Assembly (NCBI RefSeq): GCF_009914755.1
Contig: NC_060937.1
DNA length: 64,000 bases
Origin: the human T2T-CHM13v2.0 reference genome, Homo sapiens
Direction: 5' to 3' (one strand)
The stretch's first letter is position 1, and each line of letters begins with the position of its first letter. Below, in pieces: positions 55,919 through 64,000 of the stretch. Made by a program: the position numbers and the translations under genes. The notes beneath the pieces are model-generated. The model made no database searches. It saw only the letters and a program-made list of their open reading frames with translations, and was not told where the DNA came from.

Positions 55919-58900
55919 AGTCTCATCTTAAATTTGATGGGGAAAGGAATTTTCTGGATCCACAACTGAATTGTCTATGCTTGGCAGGCAGATGTTTTCT
56001 CAAATGGTGAATGGATTCACCTTCTTTCTCTTCCCTAGTTTAGCTACTTTCACTCCCTTCTAGTCTTCATATATTCCCAAGTGAAGTGAGAAGATAGGTC
56101 TGTATATCAGTGACTGTCCTTTTCTTTTATCTTTTCGATTTCTCTTTTAGGAGCTGAGATGTTTCTTCTCTGAACTTTATTTTTCATTGCTTATGGCTTT
56201 TTTTTTTCCCCCTGTAAGTTCTCTGCGAGCTATACACCTGTGGAAATATAGGGACTCTCCTTCATTTTCAAAGAGCTCAGAATATCGGTGAGACAAAGTC
56301 CCTTCCTGCCTGGACATTCAGATTGGCCCTATGGACTTAAATTGTCAAGCAAGTATACTTTTTTGTGTGCCCCGCAACTTGGCCTAAACTTTGCTATAAA
56401 TGGCAAAGTTACTGAATTGCCTTGGCTCCATACCAAATGTTGGAAATAATTTTAGGATATAAAAACACATCTTTCATATGAAAGTATTTCTTTTAGGGTC
56501 CCTTGATAAGCATATATATGTGTTACTCATTTTCCTAATGAATTAGCTCCTTTCTTCAATTGTAAGGATAAACCCTCATTAATATCTAATTTGTTGGAAT
56601 GAAAATGATTCCAGTAACATTTTTATGACTTCAATGTGACTCCCTTATGAAAAGGCATAATGGAATGGCTACTTTAATCAAATTTGAAGAAAAAAGAAAT
56701 ATTATTCTGAATACGCACTTCATAAATAGGAAAGGCAGTTTTCAGCATTTACTTTAGGTATCATTTATTCAGTGAGAGCTTGAGGGTAACCCCCAGGTTC
56801 CTGCAGGCAATTAAGACGAAAGTCATGATTTTGGAGAGCTCTGGGTTTAGTAAAACCACATTAGATTAGAGTTCTTAGACCAGGAAGGGGCCCTAGAAAA
56901 CCATCAGATCAAGCCTCTTGCCTTTAGGCAAATAGGATACTAACCCCTGTTGACAGACAAGCATATTTGAAACCAATAATGGTGTTTTGAACAAAAGAAA
57001 AATAGGGGCTTGGAGCCTGGGTTTTCATCTTTTATTGCACTCTTCCTACTGTAATTATAGTTTTATTTTTCAATTCAATTCATTGGATCCGAGAGGAGCT
57101 CATTTATCGATTTGCAACCTAAGTATTAGCCATGGAGTCATTCTTGAACTTTGCCGTGGACTTGGGTGAAAAATGTTTCTGGTTTTCAAGGCTTCCCTAG
57201 TATCATATGGTATTGGAATCAAAAATAGAGTATTGTTTTAAAACTGTCAGCATAGGCAGAACTTCTCATCCAGCAACGCATTCTGTAGCTCAAGTCCTCA
57301 TTTTGAACATAGGATTGCAATGCTGAGCCCCTACCATCTTTCCACTGGAAGGAACAGTTGGGCAGCTTTTTAAGGTACGGCGCCTCGTGGAGGACTCCAT
57401 TAATGAGGAATCATGGTCTCCTGACTTTGGATTGATCATTTTTGTTCAAAACAGGAGTATTCCTGAGTCAGAGTCAGCCACAGCTTATAGGCAACAATTT
57501 TCAGGAGACAACATCCCAAGTTAACTGCTTATGGCCCCCAAAACTGTAAGGCTTGTGATAGTGCCCCAGTGAAATATGCCACTGTGGCATTCCCATCCTT
57601 TTAGCTCCTGGATTTCTCCTTTTCAGCCCATAATAGGCAAGGGCAAGTAAGGGAACTAACAATTATATGAGCACTTCCTCTGTCCCACACATGGTGCTAA
57701 GTCCTTTAAAGAAAACAAGGTTTTCTTCACTGGTTCTCTATGGCCATTATTAGAGAATGCTGGAGTCACTGATCTGGAAAAACCTGTTTAATTCCTTGGT
57801 CTCAATTTCTTATCTGTAAAATGAGATTAAATTGGTAAAATATGTGAAGCACTTAAAAAGTATGTTTTAAATGGTACTTAGTGTTACCCACTTCATATAC
57901 ATTTCTGCCAGCTCTATCATACCTAATCACTCATTTGATCATGTCATCCTCTTCCCAGTCTCTGTTCTTTGAGCTGAAGAATGTTTGGTGATTCCTGGCT
58001 GCTTCTGGGCAAAACTCCTTAGTTTGTTGTGTGATCTGGCCCCGTCTTACCTCTTTAGACTGATAGATCCCTTCATTCTCGCATTGGTATTAAAAATCAA
58101 TATAGACCATGATTTTGGGTTTATGGCTTCTGTAAGTTTGTGAGGTTTCTCTACCTAAAATTCCCTTACCACCTGTCCTCCTATGTCCCTTCCCTCTACA
58201 GTCTCCACCTGTTCAAATCCCCATGTCCCTTCAGGACACGGGTCCCAGCCTCTGCCCCAATGTAGCCTTTCCTGCTTGCCTTTAAACTGGGAGTAATATC
58301 CTCCTTTGGATTACTAGCCCTGTATTTATAGCTGTTTTGAAACCCTATGGAAGTGTAGGCTTTGAATCATCAAAAAGTATTAAGTGATGTTCAGTACTTC
58401 CATTTACTCAGTACTAAAGTTCATCAGTGTATTTTCAAACATTTTTCAACAAGACTTGAAATAAAAAAAAAGTTTTTCCTTAAGAGGTTTTTTCTTTCTT
58501 TCTTTCCTTTTTTTTTTTTTTTTTGTCCATTTGACATCTGAATCCTGAATTGACTAGACAAATTTGGTTTTTCTAGTCAGTGGTTAACTGGGACATGCCA
58601 TTCTTCAAACATTTCTAGGAATCCCAATACCTAGTAGCTGATTCGGTCGTGCTGGAGAATACAAAGGCAGTAATCAAAGAGCCTACACAGAGAGACACTG
58701 AATTTTAGAACCAGGATAAATCAAAGTGACTTTAGTGAAACGTCACCACGATCTGACGTGATCTGAATAAACCACAATCTCAGAGAGTGAGGATATGTTT
58801 TGAGTAAATTTGTTCTGTGTGTTGGCGAGAGTGGCTGCCTAGTTAACCGTGGGCAGGTCTGTGAGTTTGCGGCATGCCCCTTCGTTCCAGCTGCTTGCTG

Positions 58901-59183
58901 ATAGGCTGGCCCAGGCGGGATCCATCCTTCTGATCGCCAGGTCCTGATGAGGCTGGTGCCACCACTACATCCATTCCAGGGAGACTCCCAGTCTCTGTCA
59001 GTTTCTTCTGCTTTTCTGAATTCTAAACTCACTCTGATCTGATTTCATTATTTGTCTGTTGTGGTAGCTTTGGTGAAGTTGGACCACAAATAATGATATA
59101 GAAGAAAAAATGAACTTTTTTTCTTCTTTCCTGTGTCCTTTTATCAGGTATCATTTCCTCTATAAAACTAATTTTAAGTTGAT

Positions 59184-59825
59184 AGAGTCTTAGGTCTATA
59201 GCCACTGTTGAATGCACCTAATCAGGCCATCTCCTTGAACTAGAGAATGTTTGCATCATAGGATAGATACCAGGTTCCCTGAGAGGTGGGTACCAGGTGC
59301 CTGGGAAGTGAAGTAACTTGCCAAGAACAGAGAGCCAGGGAGTGACATTGCAGGCATTTAAGCCTAGGCAGTCTGAGTCCCGAAAACAAGTCAAGACATT
59401 TATTGTCTTTCCATTTCTTACCCATGTTCTTACTGTTTTGCCTGGACTCCTCTTTTAATCTCAGTGAAAAAAAAAAAAAAAGTACATATTTAACAACTGA
59501 AGAAAATAAACAGAGACTGTAGTAAATTTCCAAGCTAATAGCAAGTTATGTAAAAAATACTACTTGCTGATGAGGTTTGTAAGAACCTCCTAGAACCTTA
59601 TAGAACAAGTGTGGAATACTTGTTTTCTGCTAAGGGCTATTGACCCCAAGAAAATTCAATGAAGCGATCTTTGCAAAATAGTAAATGATTTTTCTTTGTC
59701 TCCCTGCAGAAGCAAAGAGGCTTAGACCTCTAGCCACTGTTGAATGCACCAAATCAGGCCACCTCCTTGAGCTACACAGAATGTTTGCATTATAGGATAG
59801 GTGCCAAGTGCCCTGGAAGGTTGGT
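59184..59825 (+). repeat. Diverged ~105-bp direct repeat pair (59184-59290 and 59716-59825)
   Basis: Both copies carry TAGCCACTGTTGAATGCACCWAATCAGGCCAYCTCCTTGARCTA...AGAATGTTTGCATYATAGGATAG. Confidence 0.92.
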
Positions 59826-62249
59826 GGAGAGAGAGATGACTTCCAGCTGAGATTGTACAGTAGAATTTAATATTTAAAGTTTCTCGATTTGACGGGGCTG
59901 AATTAGTTCATATGAGTTCATAAGTAGGAACTGCTTCGCTTAATTTTGGTGAATAAAATATCCTGGCTGCAAAATACAAAAAAGAAAGTCACCCTCATTT
60001 TCAAATGTATGGTTAGTGCTTTCCATAGAAAACATATGGCTAAATGTGTGTGTTTTTTTAATTTAGCTCTGAAATGTGAAGACTGTAATAAGATCTAGTA
60101 ACAAGAGCGCAGTTTAGAAAAACCTGATTGACTCTAGTTTATGTAACTATACAGGCTATATAAAGAAAGTCTCATAAATAAACTTCATCTAAAGAGTGTG
60201 GCAGCTATAACCTTCTCCAACTTTCAGGCTCTGGGTGTTCTCCTAGCTTCTTCTGAGTTTATAGTCTTTATGTAATTATTAATACCATGATGATCATTCT
60301 GGGGTTTGCTTTTTGCCCTGGTCACTTTAGGTTTAATTTTATTCCATTCCTGGTCATTTACAGTTTTGTTCTGTCATCTCCCCATACCCATCGAGAACCC
60401 TATTCTCCTGTGGCAGACTTTAATGAATGTAACCGCAGATTATGTGTTTTCTTTCTTTGGTGAACTTAGAGGATGCATAGGCCAGGTGCCAAGTGTTAGA
60501 AGAAACTATACCTTTCCTGATGGTGCTGCATGGCTAGCCTACCCCGACCATGCAGTAAGTGACTTCCTCACCGCTGATGTGGCAGACCTGCTCTGCATCT
60601 CCACAGGGTTTCTGGGTTCTTTTCCAGGCTGTTTCCATATTGCACACTCAGACTGGGTAGGAAAGCAGGCAGGGCACAGTTTTATATGTACGTCAGCATT
60701 TTCACTTGGTGATGGATATAAGCTAACTTTTGTAGCTCTCCTAGGTTTATTACTGACATCTGTTCCCCCCTGAGCATATCCAGCTGGGGCTGAAGCCACA
60801 TCTGCACTTTAAACTTCCATCTACCTTTATGTTTTCAATGTAATTTTAGATTTCATTTGTTTTTAATTGTGAACTCAGAAGAGATGAGTTCCAGCTATGA
60901 CTCAGTGTGAGTTCCTATGTCATAATTCTACATTTCTGGAGTGCTTACACCTGACAGGAATAAACTCAAGGAAACAAAAAGAACAGGAAAGGCCTTAGGC
61001 ACATACTGGTTGTTCTAGATGTGGAGTTCTGCTGGCAACTGCCACAGAGTGAAATTGGCCACATGGAATCCAAAGCACGGCCTCACATTGTTTTTTTTTT
61101 TTTTTTTGAATATTTTATGTAAGACAGGGATGTTAAAGGTAGAGGAAGTAATTAAGAATGGCAGCTATGTCTTTAAAATTAAACACATCGGTCATAACTT
61201 TAATGAAGGCGTAAAAGTGTTTTTAGTTTTAAACAGGCAAAAAGGCTTTTAAATACAAGTAACCAGTTTTGAGACTTTAAAAAGCAGAAGTTTTTCATGC
61301 CAGTGCTTCCTATTTTAGTTTCAAAGGAAAGGAGGAGGAGCTGAGGTTTGGATGGTTATCATAGATGAGGGAGTTGACATGATCAAAAATGTTTTTTTCC
61401 CTGGGAACACATCTTGAGTGCTTATCTCTTCTAATAGATAAAGGGCTGGTGAATTTTGAATGTTTCCTGCAGCTCTGAAGAAACACTGTGATCCTAATGA
61501 ACACCGAGGAAAGCTTGTATTGCAGCCCTAAATATTACCTGCTTCAAGGAGGCAGCATGTTTTGGTACAGTCTGATCATGACTATAAATCAAAGCATCTT
61601 TACTTCTCCAGGGAGATAAAAAAAATCATGTGTTACTTTATAAGGATCTTGTAGTTGCAGTATGTCTGTCAGATGTTTCCATTTTTATGATTTAAGACAC
61701 TTGGTGCTGCTATGAATAGCAAATTGGAAAAATTGGGCATTTTTTAAATTTTGAATTTTATCTTAGCATATATCTGGAAATGAAATAGCGATCTTGGAAC
61801 AGAGACATCTTTGTTAGAATATGAAAGAATGTCAGTGAATTCTAACTTGAAGCTACATTGAGATGACATGTTAAAGGCATGAATAGACAAAGGGAATGAT
61901 TTTCAGGAAGTGCCTTCTGGAGACTGTGGGAAATCCCGTCATGGGTAGAGGAACAGCTTGCGATTGGATCAAAGTCACGCAAAGTTACGCAGGTGGTAGA
62001 TGCTGGTAGTCAACATGGCTAGGTCCATGGCAATCGATCATTTGCCCAGCATTTTGCCTGCTGAATTTGGGGGAGTGAAGAGGACATTTTCACCACCCCA
62101 GGAAGATAGTAACTAGTGCTCTATGTATGTAGCTCAGAGCCCTTGAATTTTCAAGTGACCTTTTAAAAGTTTCCCCCAGAAAGGTTTGAATAGACTTCCT
62201 ATCTATTACTCTAAGTTTAGGTCTAAGAAAATTCCCAAATGGGTTAATA

Positions 62250-63222
<973 letters not shown>

Positions 63223-63226
63223 TGTG

Positions 63227-63386
63227 GGCTGAGTGCGGTGGCTCATGCCTGTAATCCCAGCACTTTGGGAGGCCGAGGCAGGCAGATCACCTGAGGTAAG
63301 GAGTTCAAGACTAGCCTGGCCAACATGATGAAACCCTGTCTCTACTAAAAATACAAAAATTAGCCGGGCAAGGTGGCGGGCACCCA
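63227..63386 (+). mobile_element. 3'-truncated Alu (left arm plus start of right arm)
   Basis: Alu sequence stops abruptly after GGCGGGCACC, with no tail. Confidence 0.88.
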
Positions 63387-64000
63387 ATAAAATGACAATA
63401 GAGTTTAAACTCCATGGTTTCTGAGGCATTTTCTGAGTAAATTGGCATACAGCGTATGTACTCTTTCCTCTAGAAGTTCCAGAAACAACACTATTTCTTT
63501 ATGTGCAAAATGGCCTCTTTTGAGCAGCCCTGGGGCAGTTTTGTCTGGCCCTCTTGCAGCCAGGGTGCCCCAGTTTAGTGTACAATTGGTATAAAAATAG
63601 GCAACACAGGAACTTGCTTGTCTCGGGGGAAAAGACGCTTGCAGATTTATAGAAATTTTACATTTGTATGCATGATATTCTGTAGGTTCAAGAAAAAACA
63701 ATTCAATTTCAAGATAACATTCTACAGGGTAAATAAAATTTAATTTCAATAAATTTAAGGGGAAAAGTTGTCCATCTTTCTATACTTTCTGTAACTTTTG
63801 TAGTTTCACCACTAACAAAAAAAAAAAAAAAGAACACAAACAAAATAGCCTTGCTCTGGGTTTTGAGGAAATGGTTTTGCAAGGCTATTTGGTTAGACAA
63901 TGAATTAGAGTCAGAACTTCCGGGATGGGCTTTCGGTAAGGGAAATGCTTAGGCTGCTGCAAAGCCTGGATTCAACTTACACAGGATCCTTGAGAAGTTG

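Noticed and set aside
60306-60773. 155-aa hydrophobic ORF on the + strand
   Set aside because: TTG start, no recognisable domain or LRR pattern, and no convincing splice boundaries. Not LRCH1 exon 2.

Overview
Primate, almost certainly human, genomic DNA at the 5' end of LRCH1. About 18 kb of repeat-rich upstream sequence is followed by a CpG-island promoter (~18.05-19.75 kb). Coding exon 1 of LRCH1 lies on the + strand (ATG 18595, donor GT at 18902). The remaining ~45 kb is intron 1, and I cannot recognise exon 2 in the window. Apart from exon 1 and the ORFs overlapping the CpG island, the ORF track is mostly Alu, microsatellite or chance read-through. The non-coding sequence holds Alus, MIR/L2, truncated L1s, solo LTRs and DNA-transposon fossils, several nested with readable target-site duplications (TSDs). 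Repeat subfamily names come from recalled consensus sequences, and repeat boundaries are approximate. I do not see convincing evidence of a new biological system. The best testable leads are: a G-quadruplex/hairpin switch next to the start codon; a poly-Ala overlapping uORF across a GCC repeat; a consensus CTCF site; an in-frame antisense-Alu exon candidate; a candidate recursive or UG-repressed splice site; a cluster of interlocking palindromes; a 46-bp tandem duplication; and an old ~105-bp local duplication.
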